In this document: positions 27,812 through 41,400 of the stretch, in pieces | Numbering within the stretch: the stretch's first letter is position 1 | How the letters are laid out: the number at the start of each line of letters is the position of its first letter | From: Lingula anatina | Lineage: Eukaryota > Animalia > Brachiopoda | Assembly (NCBI GenBank): GCA_051362555.1 | Contig: CM120646.1 | Location: 20,336,001-20,400,000 of the forward strand | Length of the DNA: 64,000 nucleotides | Reading direction: 5' to 3' | Position numbers and translations under genes: made by a program | Notes under the pieces: generated by a model | Told to the model about the DNA's origin: nothing | Database searches by the model: none | Seen by the model: only the letters and a program-made list of their open reading frames with translations

Positions 27812-30800
27812 ATAAGTGCCAACGATCGAACGGCAGATAAAAATGCTATTTTCCTTTAACGTTGGAGATATTTTATGATTTCTTACAGAAATGTGTTAAC
27901 AAGAATGAAGTAGAGTTTTCTATAATCATTAATGCATGTGTGCATTAACTTTAAAATGGCCAAATTTTAGAGAAGTTAAATCATTTACACGGCAGAATAC
28001 CTGGCAGTAAAGCTATCAACCTATCTAACGCTGATACACATGACAAAGATGTTTCAATGATGACGTAAAATAATACGTCCAATATGCCGACCACGTTGTC
28101 AGACTATCTGCAATTCCATTGCTTTGCTTTTCGATTTAACACCTTTTGGTTTGCTTACTCAAGCACAACTGAAGCGCGCGACAGCCTAGCTTGGCAGCCT
28201 TCTGTTAGGATAATTAATGCGTTGGGCAATTTATCAATATTTAGATCAGAAAGCTACTGCATGAAGGAAATTACAAACTGCCTGATCGAATTTGACTATT
28301 TGCAAGGCAATTTCGCCCATTATGCCATGTTACCTCGAGCACTTGTAGAAAACGATTTCGCAGTTTGCCCGGAGCTGTGCTCTCGTCTGATGAAATACAA
28401 CATGGACGAAAAGTACTTTGCTTTTCCTTCCGACTTCCATTTCGTCAGATTTAGTTTAAGTGCTACTTGGCCATTAATTACAGTCAATAATGATGAAATT
28501 TATTTTACTGTAATGATTTTCCAAATGACAAAATAACAAATTTTACTTTTTTCATTTTTTTGTTGACCTGTCAATCTGGAAACGTGCAATTAAGTAAAAC
28601 ACAAGTTTCACGATAACTTATACATGAACTTTTATAATAAGGTAGGTAGGTGGAAGGTATCTCAGTTCATTTTCTGTATACAATGTGTTTTAGATATAAC
28701 GTTTGGTCATATACCTGGGGTTTGAAGAATCATAACTTAACTTACAAAATACAACCCCAAGGGTTATTCTTAATGGTCCTGTTAAAAAGCCTTTTGGCAA
28801 TCGAAAAGAATTGAAGCTCCAAGTGCTAGTGCACGTGGCCGTTCATTACTTTGGAGTCACGTAATAGGTTAATATGCAAGTGCTCCAAATGACTTAATTA
28901 CCATCAAGTGCACTTTACTAACACGAAATTGGCCGATGTTTCACTGACCGAGTGGATGAAAACCAATACTTCATTCTCAGTTTTGGGCAAACCACAATAC
29001 CAGGAATAGTGTATGTGGACAATTGTTTATTTCTGTTATTGCCGGTCTGTAATTAAGGTCCTCCCCAGGGGCAACAGAGCCGTAGAAGTTGCGGAGATCG
29101 AGGCTTCAGGTCTTTCCGGTCACTTTTACAGGTTTATCAACGTCACTCGCCGATCTAAAAGAGTTTTGGATTGATTTGTTTAATCGTGCCTGTAGCTCTC
29201 GGATAAATTGTTGACGTTTAATTATCCTAGGATTTAGTTTGGATTCCATGAATCATTTCATATATAACGACGGAATTATAAATCGCCGCTGTGTCCGATG
29301 ACTAAAAAGCAGCTTAAGACTAATACAAACACTATCATTACTTGCTTGACTTGACCGGTCGTTCCGTTTCGAAGATAAGATGAACGACTGACCCGTCATC
29401 TGAGTTAAGATCTTATTTTTTCAGGTGCCTTCTGTGTATTTTCTTGAAGAGTTTATGAAACTCAGTCCCCTTTGTCATGGAATGATCACCCCGTTACTAC
29501 TTTACTCAGTCTCCGTCCTTCAGATGTCTAAGTTTATCCGTTGGCCAACTCATTTAGAGAGGGTTTTTTCTTTGGCGTCTGTTACGTATATATTGGTATA
29601 TATTTTTCTTTAATTTTATTTATATTCCTTTACTACACTGTTGATAATGATGGTATGCTTTCAAGTCTTAAATTATTTTGCAAGGTACCCTGAAAGGTTC
29701 GTGGAATGCACCAATTGGATTATTATTATTATTATTATTATTATCATTATTATTATTAGTAGTAGTAGTAGTAGTAGAAGTAGTAGTAGTAGTAATAGTA
29801 GTAGTTATAGTAGTAGTAGAAGTAGAATTAGTAGTAGTAATAAAATTGACTATTTTTTTCACGCATTTACATACTGCAGTCTAACCTGGCTTTGGCATTC
29901 AAAACAAATTTTTACATACTACACATATTTTCAAATTCGGTAATAGACGCATGGTTTTTATCCGTCACGATAGATGTTTCGACATTTCTTCTTAAGTAGG
30001 TAAAAAATCCGGGATTTTAGAAATTTCAATAATATTCATGGCAAAATTCTAAGTAGTTTTATCATTAAAAATATTACTCCTTTTCCTTTACTTACAGATC
30101 TTCCCATTTCTTTTAAAATCCATACATGAGTTTATAATGATTTACTAAAACACGGAGTCTTCTTTTTCTAGCATTGACAAAACATCGCTACGTTAGTCGA
30201 TCGAAAGTTTCCTCATTACTAAAAATTGTATAATTTGTTGATTGAAATACCTAATGTATGCCCCATGGAAGGAGCATTGCATTTAAATATTTTATTTAGA
30301 ACAAAGTAATACAATATCATGAACATATTTAATAGACGTAGATTTGTATGTTTAAAATCTACAACGCCCTTGTTCTGTTACTTTTGGTCTACTGTATCCG
30401 TGATTTCTATGCAGGCCATAAATGAGATGAACCGATGAACTTATCTCAGCATTTTTTTAAACAGCCTTACTTTACTCAGAGTGGCACTAAACCATGGAAG
30501 TACGACTTGTATGTCACTAATATATCATGTAATTGTAGAATTCAATAACCTACTCAATACAAAGCTTGTTCAAATAAACATCACCTCTACCTGTAACCGA
30601 AAGCGTCTCTCAACCTGCTAATCGACCACTCTAGTCGGCTAATCGTTGTAAATATTTAGACGGCTTTTAACGTGGGTCTCAAATAGCTGCGCGCGTTATT
30701 AGAATAACAGAGCAAAGTCAAAATGAAATAGTAGGGCAGTTTTTGCGACCATATTAATCAATATTTCAAAATAATACAATTAAAAAACAATGTACAGAAT

Positions 30801-31596
30801 TTTCAATCTGGATTTACTGAAACTTGCTTCATTCATTGTTGACAACAAATAACCGTGCCCCAGCCATTTATTGTCTTGTAATGAAGAGAAATGTTTTTCT
30901 CTACATTCCTAGTCATGTAACTCGAGGCCCCAGGTGAGTGGTTTACCAGCCCGCCCAGACGATGTGACCCACAGCCAAGTTATTCTGATCATTACGGGGG
31001 TATTATAACGATTGGAATGTCAAAACAACACAGCTGGGACCCACTTCTGGAACGAGCTCAAGGCGAACGCTGATCTTAAGGCTGAATCCGAAAGTCAAAT
31101 GTAATATCTGACCCTCACGAATCAGGGATGAACGCCATACAGTAAATGAACGCCTATTTTAAAGATAAAAAGTTCAAGAGATTTAGATAGAAATTCACTG
31201 TATTTAGGCAGATGTCTCTAGACTGATACTGGGTTGAAGTTGACCAGATGTGTGACATCTTAAAGCAAAGATTAGCTTCTCACTTAATTTAATTTGTGAA
31301 ACTGGGCATTGCAGTCAACCAAGAGTCCCTGTAAGCCGCCGAATTCTACATACCGAACCAGACGAAAGTTTGGACTCAATTTTACCATGGTTACTCAGCT
31401 GGTGGAGCGTTTGCCCCCGGCGCAGGAGAGACAGGGGTTAAATTATATTATTTTGGAAGGCAGAGCCTTACCGAAGGCCATTATAAAGATGGTTCTTGCT
31501 GTTTCCTCGCTAAATTATCAGCAAATAGAGGACGAAGCAGGGGATTAGTCTTCTCACGACAGCTTGGGTTTTTACAATATTTGCCTTCCCCTCCTC

Positions 31597-31632
<36 letters not shown>

Positions 31633-34600
31633 AGAAGTGATGATTCAGGAAACAAGGATAAATTGTAAAGCCGGACGATTTCGTTAATGGACAAACTAAG
31701 GTCATAAAACCAACCGTCACCTAATACTTTTACCGGTTACCTTTGATGTACATCAATGGTAACCAACTATCAATTTATCTTGTTGACAAATGCATTTTCC
31801 AGTAAGGCCATCACGGCACATAAAAGTAAGACTTTAGGAGAAACAATCAGATAGTGTTCATTGTGAAATGTTCTAGATTCTAGAACGCTCACTCCACCAC
31901 CCCACCACCCACCCCTCAGCGTTCATCTCCTAATTCGTTTGCTTGGAGACTTTTAACTAAACACCCCTTATTGATATGGTACAATGTGAGATGCAACAGT
32001 GTTAAAACTCATCAGTGCTAAAATGCGAACCATTCCAGGATTGGGTTACAAAGACTCAGATTTCGATGGCAAAGCTAAAAAGCATCACCCAGACTACCGT
32101 GTTGGACTTCTGGGAATGCTGGAACGTTCGGGGAATACTGCACGAGAACTGAAATTAAACGTGTTATTTGAGGTTTCGGCCTGTTCTTCAAAACCAGAAC
32201 ACCTGTTGTCTGCATATAAGATTGCAAGCAAGCAGATTGCATTTCTGTTTGAGCACTTTTATAACACATGGTTTGGACATTGGGTATTTTGCTGGGATTC
32301 TACGGGATGACATGGGTTTTACCCGCACGAAAACGCAGTAGATGCTCCAGCGCAGTAGACTACTGCAATCATACTGCAAATATGCCTCAAATCTGCTTCG
32401 CATTGGGAGCTAATTAGCATATTTGAAACATGCTTCTATCATGCTGCTAATCTACTTCATTAATGCTCCTCCTCTGTAGAACCCTATGTAATTTTTGAAG
32501 TAGAATTGCAGTAGGGTATACTGCATTTCTACTGCAAATATGCTCCACACCACTACTGCGTTAATGCTTCTTTGATACTTCGATACTACTGCATTTTCGT
32601 GCGGGTAGTGTAAATAGATTAGAAGAAGTATTAAAAAACAAACCATACGGCAAAACCAAGTAATTGTATTTAGCTTAAACGCTGCAGTTATAACATAATG
32701 GTATTTTATGGCCACGAACGGCCATTGGATTTCTGCTGGCACTGCCGTCATGGCTAACGCACATTTATCTAGTAAAGACAACAAAACGAATTATTTTAAG
32801 CGAGTACCTCTGGAAAGCCGACACCAATCGAAGTTTTCAGACGACATTTAGGAAGTCATTTCCATCCACAGGATATTATCAATTCACTGAACAAAAGTAA
32901 AGGATCGATCCGCTCTCGACGCTGCGAGCCAAATGTTCAATTTTTTATATTCATTTTTACTTTTCTGTTTGAATCCAATACATGATTGTTTATTCTTTGC
33001 CACAACACATACACGGTAACCTGCAAATAATGTGTAAATCATGTTCAAGAGAAAATTTTTGATTTAATATTCATAGTTAAAGATTTCTGTGTGCGGGGGC
33101 CGTGCTGAGGTGAGACATGCAGCAGAAGAGAAATGAAGTCAATGGCAAAGAACTTCAGTGCTAAATGTACGTGTCACACAAGACCAAAGACATGCTTAAG
33201 GACGCCTCCATTCTTTCAATTATACTTTGATGTCAATAAACATCATCATGCTAAAACGAAAGTCTTGTTTTCAACTACGGTCGGTTCAGCAATAGAAGCG
33301 TTCTGATCATATCGTAAAGTTCTGTTCTATAAAAGGCGCTAAGCTGTCTTGTTGGAAGATCAAATGTGAAGATAACGCAGTTGTCAATGGACTGTAATCC
33401 CTTTAGTTATTGTCGAAACCCCGCAGTTTTGTCGTGTCAGTATATTTTCAAGAAATGCCGTTCACGGACACCCTGGCTCCGCCAGTCCTGGGTATGATTG
33501 CTGCATGCAGTGAATGCACTAAGACTCCGTTCACATGAAAAATCTATTTTCTAAAAATCTATTTTCTATCCGCGGTATCTTGTGATCACTCGGAGCGCAG
33601 CCGAGGATTAATTACAGTTTTGGAAGTAACTGGCTCGCGCTGCCAGTAATTACGCCGCGGGGTATTCAGGGCACAGACCGTGATCACAGTGATCACAAGA
33701 TACCGCGAATAGAAAATAGATTTTTAGAAAATAGATTTTTCATGTGAACGAAGCCTAATTACTGGTTTTTAAACTGTTGGAAGCAGGGGGGTGGTATGTG
33801 TCTGTAAAAGTACATGTTCTTCCTTCCGTCCAGGTGAACCTCATTCCTGTCATATTTCGATAGTTCGCAAACTTTCAACACAAACGTTCGGGATGAGAAC
33901 ATGTACATGTATAAATACCAAATCGACAGGTTAAGGTAAAACTCACCTCTCAAGGTTAACATTTCAGGTTTCACCTTTGCAAAAACGAGATATTCTTCAT
34001 TATTTTCACAGAGAGATATTTGTTCGAGTTCACTCCAAGTATTAAACATGAGTGATTGTGATAGAAATATCAATTTCAATATTTAATGCATGTTGCCATC
34101 TTTTGCATTTATTTCCGAATAGACCCTTGTATCGGAGATATACAGAGTTCTCACCGTGATTCGTGTTCTAATGGCCTAACCTTCAAATCCCAAATCAATA
34201 TTAACTTCAGATTTTTGTAAGTTGTAACGCCTAGAGAACTAACAGAATGACATAAAACGGATGGTTTTCCATTCGAAGCACAACTTAATAGGCAATCTTT
34301 CCATTTGAAATTGATGCCAATGCGCAAATCGGGGATATCTCTATTGGTGGACCATTGCCTGTTTAATTGGCCAGGATACCGCTGATGGTTGACCGATAGC
34401 GCGGCAGAAAAATAACAACTTAAGTGAAATCGTTGTTAACTTGACTGGATTTGGAACTAACAAAGGGAAATTATTCCCTATTGAATCAAGTCGTGTAATT
34501 AAATACATTCATTATAAACTGATGATAATGACACCCGTAGAAAGCTTTGACACCTTCGGTAAAAGTTCAGTTTTAATACAAAGTGGCATTTACATAGCGT

Positions 34601-36924
34601 TATCGAGGCAGCGTTCCGTGGTTAATGTGTCCGGCCTTAGACGTCGTTTCTATATTGCTCAGGGAGAGATGTTTCATATTACGTTGGTATATAAACATAA
34701 ATATGTTATTCTCAGATGAAAAAAAAGGCAATTTGAATTTTATCATCAAATAATTGATTTACGTGGACATGGGGGACTTTTGCATTAATCAAATTCCAGT
34801 TAAACTTCTGTACATTGTTTCGATCGAGTGGCGAGGATTTTTGGGAAATTGCAGTACTCTTTTGTATCAACTGCAAAACATAAATGAACTATATAAATCT
34901 CGATTTTAAAGAAAGGAAGGTTTTTAAGCGCACTGAGTAGTACCTAATATAAAATGTTCCAATTTAATTACATGGTAAATAATTCAAGTGCCGCCCGCCT
35001 TTGTATTACGCTACACGTAATGTGGCAGTTTGTACGAGCATGACCTTGTAACTTAATGCTCTGCTCTCAGACAAAAGACACTGTTTGCTAGGTAAAGTAC
35101 GGCAATTATTTTTTTAAATTTCTATTTATTATTTTCCATTCATTTTTGTCGATCGGAGGTTTGTTCTCAAATCCGTAAACTGTATTCAGAGCACGAAAAA
35201 CCATCCATCCGCTACAGTTTTTTGAAAATAAAATACAACCAGGGAGGGACAAAACTGTATGACGCAGAAGAAAATATAACGCCTAACTTATCAGTCAGCA
35301 ATGTTTAACAGCTAGAGACCTAACGATTTATCACAGAAAATACATAGACGTTGAATTTTGTTTGAAAACGGAGACGCTGCTCCTATAGTTTTTGTAGATA
35401 GCCTGTAGTGCTTACCTTATCTTTGCTCAGTACTTTTTATATGAATTTCTATTCATGATGTTTATAATTATCATTTTTGGGATGTATTTTCTTATGATGA
35501 ACGCCTTTGGTTCGACCTTTCTTCGACCATACTTTGGCTTACATTGAGAACATACTGTAAACGGAATTAAGTACGAATGAAAGACGATTCTAAATGATAA
35601 TTGCCATAACTAAGGAGGATTCACAAAAAGGCACAAAAGCGCCATGCAAAGACGAGTGGTAAATAGACTTAATAATTTACAATGCTAACATTGTTATCGG
35701 ATACGTTTTCGGGCAAGAGAGAACAAATGAGTTTGGCATTAACTTTGAGCCCAGTTTATAAGTCTCTTTACGCCCAAACAATATCAGTAGTGGTTCATTT
35801 CTTTAAGAAATAGGGTCGGTTTAACAAAGAACAAATACATGTAAATGTCTAATATTTCAGAACGATTATTACCGTATTCTAAATTCTGTGTACCGTGTGT
35901 CTAAATGGACGACTCTTATTATCGGTGCTTAAGTGAAAGCTCTTTATTAAGATTTCCGCGTGAAACGTGGCCTGTTGATAATTCACTCGACAGATGAATC
36001 AAAAGCATGACTATACATTTTAATAAGTTAACACAGCGGTTAATAGAGAACGCAAACGAGTCAACTTATGACACCAATTCCTCATTTAACTTTTTCGTCT
36101 TGTCTTTGTCGATAGCCTATTCTACTCTTGAAGTTATTGAATTCATCAAAAGTTAACGAACATGTTCAAAAACGTTTGGACTTGTGCAAGAGCTCCAATT
36201 TTAACCTACTTCATATTTCATCAATTTCAATACAATGCAGACATTCATACCAAAATGGATTTAAGTACATATGTAAGTACCGTGTAAAACCATTCGGATG
36301 TAATTGTTTTATACAAATATTGTTCTTGCCATATACTTTATTTTTCATTCTGCAGTACCAATCTACGATTTTTTTCTTAAATTTGTGTAATTTAGAAAAA
36401 TAACAATTTTTGCAGATTTACAGTTTATTCCACGCGATGTTCTCATTATGTGAAAAGATTCATCCAGCCCGCATTAGGCGAGAAACATTCTATACTGCTC
36501 GTGATGTGTGAGCTTAAAAATAGGTACATGTATATTGCATATTTACAAGGCCAATCTTATGATTAGAACATTCTCTTCACCTTAAAACCTTCTTGCCCTA
36601 AACACGGTGCCCGACTATAAAAAAACGCAATGACACTTAGCGATCATTTTAAGAATCTGAAAAGAACTCTCCATGCCTTGATAAAAGGTCTTATTATTTT
36701 CTACATGGCAAATAAGACAAAAGAAAGAAATATCCATATGTTATATTAATGTCCATATTTAACGGCGACGTTTAATTAAAGTATGCTCTAGTGGACTAAT
36801 GTACTTTACTGATACAGTGAACTCGATGCGAAGAACGTTTACTTCAGTAAATATAACATAAGGAAAACTTACCAGAAACCAACAGCACGGTAACGACGGT
36901 CACCAACGTCGCTGAATGTCTCAT
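16853..36924 (-). CDS. Nicotinic acetylcholine receptor alpha-type subunit (Cys-loop channel, alpha9/alpha10/alpha7-like, divergent); exons 36873-36924, 24486-24649, 21062-21106, 20578-20684, 17649-18190, 16853-17274; about 443 aa
   Basis: Cys-loop CTLNVRYFPFDAQQC, loop B SWTY, loop C vicinal cysteines YACCAEPY, M1-M2 linker PVESGEKV, M4 EWTTLARLLDRLFFW, N-terminal YDRSTRPV and the typical 45-nt DEK exon. Signal-peptide exon MRHSATLVTVVTVLLVS|GTAAGT is phase-compatible but lies 12.2 kb upstream and is less certain than the other exons. Confidence 0.92.
20033..20306. mobile_element. Foldback MITE in an nAChR intron
   Basis: About 95-bp inverted arms: GATCCGAGTACTAA/TTAGTACTCGGATC, AATATGGCCGACCCCACTT/AAGTGGGGTCGGCCATATT and GGTCTCCCCGCCTCCAC/GTGGAGGCGGGGAGACC. 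The TSD is unclear. Confidence 0.72.
27762..27806. repeat. (AG)n microsatellite
   Basis: Directly visible. Confidence 0.95.
29719..29840. repeat. Compound (ATT)n(AGT)n microsatellite
   Basis: Directly visible. It explains the low-complexity ORFs at 29641-29943. Confidence 0.95.
31385..31545 (+). mobile_element. Degenerate tRNA-derived SINE
   Basis: A-box-like TACTCAGCTGGTGGAGCG and B-box-like GGTTAAAT, followed by a SINE-body-like segment (ATAAAGATGGTTCTTGCTGTTTCCTCGCTAA). It does not fold into a full tRNA cloverleaf. Confidence 0.5.
32322..32605. mobile_element. MITE with 20-bp TIRs and TA flanks
   Basis: TA-CCCGCACGAAAACGCAGTAG ... CTACTGCATTTTCGTGCGGG-TA (one mismatch), with subterminal (C)TACTGC/GCAGTAG repeats. 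Confidence 0.75.
33523..33755. mobile_element. PIF/Harbinger (Tourist-like) MITE with about 65-bp TIRs and TAA TSD
   Basis: TAA-GACTCCGTTCACATGAAAAATCTATTTTCTAAAAATCTATTTTCTATCCGCGGTATCTTGTGATCACT ... AGTGATCACAAGATACCGCGAATAGAAAATAGATTTTTAGAAAATAGATTTTTCATGTGAACGAAGCC-TAA. Confidence 0.82.
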
Positions 36925-38428
36925 TTTCACGAAGAAAGGTATGTCTGACTGTGATTAAGTCCAGTTTAATTCCAGCTTGGTGTACATGCGTGTTAAGACG
37001 CTCAATAATTGGTATTAGGACAGTTTGTCTGATCGCCTCCGTGGTTTAGGTGGCTCTGTGCACTGATTGGATGGCGGCAGCTCCACTCAGTGACGACACC
37101 AAGGTTGAAGGCGCAGCAAATTAGTTGTTGGATTCAAGACGCCAGTTTTTCAACAGCGGGCTCTGAAGAAGAATCGCACAGCTGGTTAACCTTATGGCCC
37201 GTTCAGCTTTCACGTCTTAGATAAATACAATAATGTTTTCAATTGATGGGAAGGTTCCTAATGACAAACAGTTGCTTTGACTGTCATTGACTCGGCAGAA
37301 AATGAGACTATTTGAAAGTGCGCTGTTTGTTGATGCAGGTAGTAATGTACACACAATGGACATAGATTCTTCATGTAAAAATATAGCATTATGAAAAGCG
37401 CATCAAAGACCCAAGGACCCAAGGAATATCGACGCACATATCCATACATTGACGCATTATTTACAGATACAAAGACATACAGATCTGTTTCAGTAGAAGA
37501 CGTATGCCTGGGCTATCATTTCGTCATACATTTTACTTTGTTCCCTTGGTCTGAAAAAAATTAGTACAACTCAAATATTGTTTTATTATCATATAATTTA
37601 ACACCAACGTATGATTTAACACACGTTTCGAATAAATTCACGCCTTCATATACATTCAACCCAGCATTCTTGGCGCGTTTTATAGTCGAAAAAAGATTAC
37701 CAAGTACCCGTAAAGGCGGTCTTAGGGGGTATAAGCTAGACCAAACATTAAAGCACACACTGGAGCTAATATGATAAAATAGATCAAATATCTCCTTCAA
37801 AAGTGAACATGATGCCGCTAAAATAGGTGTTAGAATTATGTAAATCAAACAACTTATTAAAGAAAATGTATTCAAACCAAAAGACGCATGTGGCCCAAGG
37901 CTGCTCAGAAGGTTCAGAATTTGAATACATTTAAATAAAAGGCCCTATCTAAGCTTTGGTCTCAGTATCAGGTTTCTGGTCAGCTGTTCAGAAATCGATC
38001 GTGACATTGTATCCACAGATAATCTTGTAAGAACTAACGAGGATTCGAAGTACCAAGATACAGTGTACATTAACATAAAGCAATTTCTCTTTCGTGGCTT
38101 TTTTACGTGCGTTTTGATTTACTACAGTTGGAACACGGTAACAGCTGGATTTGTCACGCGTGGAATGCCTATATGTGGGCACAAACAATAGTTACTGGAA
38201 TGATTCAAATATTTACAAGAGCAGACATATATTAGAGTTGTCTGTGGACACCAAAGAAGGAAATCCCTGGGACAATGTGCGCATGCCCATGTTTGATTTC
38301 CTGTACTTCTTTCTTTATTTGTTTTAATCCTTTCATTTAATTTAATCATTTATAGGTTTGCCAGTCATTTATTCTTAACATTATTTTATATTTTTTCTAT
38401 TATGCCATTCTTCTTGATCTTAATCTAT

Positions 38429-38429
38429 A

Positions 38430-38476
<47 letters not shown>
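38429..38476. repeat. (AAT)n microsatellite
   Basis: Directly visible. Another tract occurs at about 47044-47087. Confidence 0.95.
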
Positions 38477-38477
<1 letters not shown>

Positions 38478-41400
38478 TTTAATCAAAATATCTGTGAGAC
38501 ACCACGAAAGTGTGGGAAGCAGCTGATCTGGCTGGAAAAGAGGCTACGATTCAAGAGTCTATTATAACACTGCGATCACCGAGCACTGATACGCTAGAAA
38601 AGCTTAACGATCGTGCCAAACAAAAAATAATGAAAAAGATGATATTAATATAAAGTCACCCTGTAATTTCTCTAGCAGAGTATTGATTAAGACCATGTTC
38701 AGAGAATTGCGAAACACACTGTAATTCCTCCAGCAGAATATTGATTCACTCTGACTTCGACTGTAATTTTCTGCAATTTTCCGCGGGCGCAAGTTCATGA
38801 AATAAAGGCTATAAATTTGATTCTATGTAAGCAAATTACGATGTTCATTGACCAGTATCCTGAAAACACAACTGCAGACTTTTACGTGCTGAAGAGTTTT
38901 CTTAGGGTGGTCTCACTGTGGTAAAAAGGTCCCAAAGCCTCAGATATTCAAAATAATAGTTTTGAAGTATAAACTGTGCCATTCATGTATAATCTTTATC
39001 ATTTATGGTTCCACCTGTCCTATATACGAGAAAAAGTCTAAGTAACGTCAAAATGTTTTTTTCCGATATTAACATTTTCCTATGAGTCTTTTAGATTACA
39101 CGCATTTCACACGGACTGCTGTACATTTTACACGATTAGACCTAAAATTTAGATCTGTTTCTCCATGTGATTTGGTATAGAAAATAATCACCTGTGCACA
39201 AGCTAAACAGATGTCGTAAAGGAAGATGATGTGTTATTTAACAGTAAGAGGTTTGTTTCTCGATGCCCTTTTATATTCGACCCCCTACAACACTGAATAC
39301 GTTAACATTAGCATTAGAGCAACAAACATTGATTCCAAAATATTTGGTGGTTTTATAAACAAGTTGAGATGAGTTAATGATTTTGCGCATTGTGAAAGCA
39401 AGTACACAAAACTATTAAACTAATATAAATCGAGGTAGGCAATACTTTGTAAACTCTTCTAGAATAATTTACTCTTTGAAAATGTTATTCATTTTCATAA
39501 AATGCAACATCAATGGTGAAGGGAGGTATTTCACTTCCATTAAATTCATCTGCATTGGATGATCGTGGGGCATTAATTACGCATTTTGATGATTTGTAAT
39601 TGCTATTTACGATTTCCTTCCCTCGAGAGACGACTTCTCCATTATAGGTTTCATTAGTTTAATTTTACATTATATAAGTCGTTTTATAACGCTCACCCTT
39701 TAATATCCGTATCTGTATAGTGCATAAGGACGCGGTTGACTCGTTTTCTGCGTATAGCTGACCAGTCAATTGGTGTTAGGTATGTGTAGGTAAAGCAAAG
39801 CTTGATTTGCCCGCAGTGGTATTTATCTCAAACCTTAAGACACAATCGAAAGTAATATGTCTGTCAATAAGGGACAAGGGTCATGAGTCTTGGTGGCTGT
39901 ACTTAATGTTGAATAGGTCAAATCATCACTATTATAAATCCAAATTGTAAAAAGCATGCCACTGACGAAACCAACAGGGACAAACTGACGCGACTGACCA
40001 TTTGACCGCCAGTTCACACCATTTTATTGTATAAACCGGGGCTGCGTCCATGAAGTGTTAATCCGGTTCGTTTCTGCTCTTTGGCCACAATTGCTGCAAT
40101 CGGTGACTATGTATGCCATATCCTATCCATTTCCAGCCAGGAAACATTTCTACCGGTCAATTGACTTGTCTCTGATAAGTGAGCGTAACACCAGATCGTT
40201 GGCTGATTGCCGCATTGATGGTTTTCTTGCATGCCGTTCTGACAAATGCACCGTCCTAAAGGACAAAAATCTAAAGGGGAATGAGGGAGAAAGCGAAACA
40301 CTCATTTACAAAGGATTGTGTGTACATTTATCTCAATCCCCTTCGACCCAGACGTATTTTATTTGGATGTATTGGTGTATGCCCTGCATTTTGAGCAAAA
40401 GCAACATGTAAGCAGATCTAAAACCTCATTGTATGTCGGTACTTGTATTTCGTATCGGCCAAGAGATTTTGATACTAAGACACATTCGATATGTTAGTCA
40501 ATGTAATGTTCGATGGAAATGTTATTGCAAATGGCACCGGGTTCAAAAACACGACACTAAGACTGAAACAATGATCTGATAACTGTCTAAGTGACGCGCA
40601 TGGTTTAGCGTCCGGGAAAAGGTTTATCGCTCGTCCTAAATATATCAGCAGACGAGGAACACACTAATTCTGTCATTAAGGAATCTGGAAGTGTTCAATT
40701 AAGTGGAGATCTAAAATTGCCCTGTGTCGGAACGCCAACTAAAAACCTAAACTGTCTTGGTACCCGTCTTTTTTGTATCCCTGCTAACAGATTCAATTTT
40801 TCGCACACTCCGATTATTTTATTACAAATTTTAGTTTAGTGATGGAATGTATTGGTGTTGTTGCCCCCCCCCCCCCTTATATTTCTACAGCCTAGACTTA
40901 AGTGATAGTCCATACGATGCTATGCAAGAATTGAGCTTTTGGCATTACGGTTTCACTGCTGAAACGAAGTAAATTGACTCGGTGTATGTCATGGGTAACA
41001 ATCAATACTGTTATATAATCTAAAACTCTTCTGGTGTCTACGGATAAGGTCCCTGCTGTTAAAAGGACTAAAGACTGACTTAATGAGATATCATGGACTA
41101 AAGAACGATTTTTCGGATTCCAAACCTTTAAATTGCACGCCATCTTTACTAATTATACACATCACAAATCCTGTATACACTGTACCAGTAAGACTTTTGA
41201 TTGTACGATATGATCACTGTGGTTTTCTTACCCTCAAGGACTTAGGGCATCAAGAAAATGAGAGGAGGGGCAACACTCTGGGACTTCCTGGTAGCATTAT
41301 GGACCACTGCTGTTTAAATCTGTGATACAAACCTGGTAATATGGCTGAAAATAATTAATGTTCCTGACTGGTATTAATAAGCTGGTTTGGTATATGTAAA

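Noticed and set aside
28084-28536. 150-codon plus-strand ORF in nAChR intron 1 (likewise 23587-24057, 25008-25430, 53450-53830)
   Set aside because: No recognisable domain, composition typical of non-coding AT-rich DNA, and no coherent splice structure.
29641-29943. Poly-Ile/Ser/Thr/Val ORFs
   Set aside because: Translation artefacts of the (ATT)n(AGT)n microsatellite.
31385-31445. tRNA gene candidate
   Set aside because: The A/B boxes are degenerate and the stems do not close; it is better explained as a SINE head.
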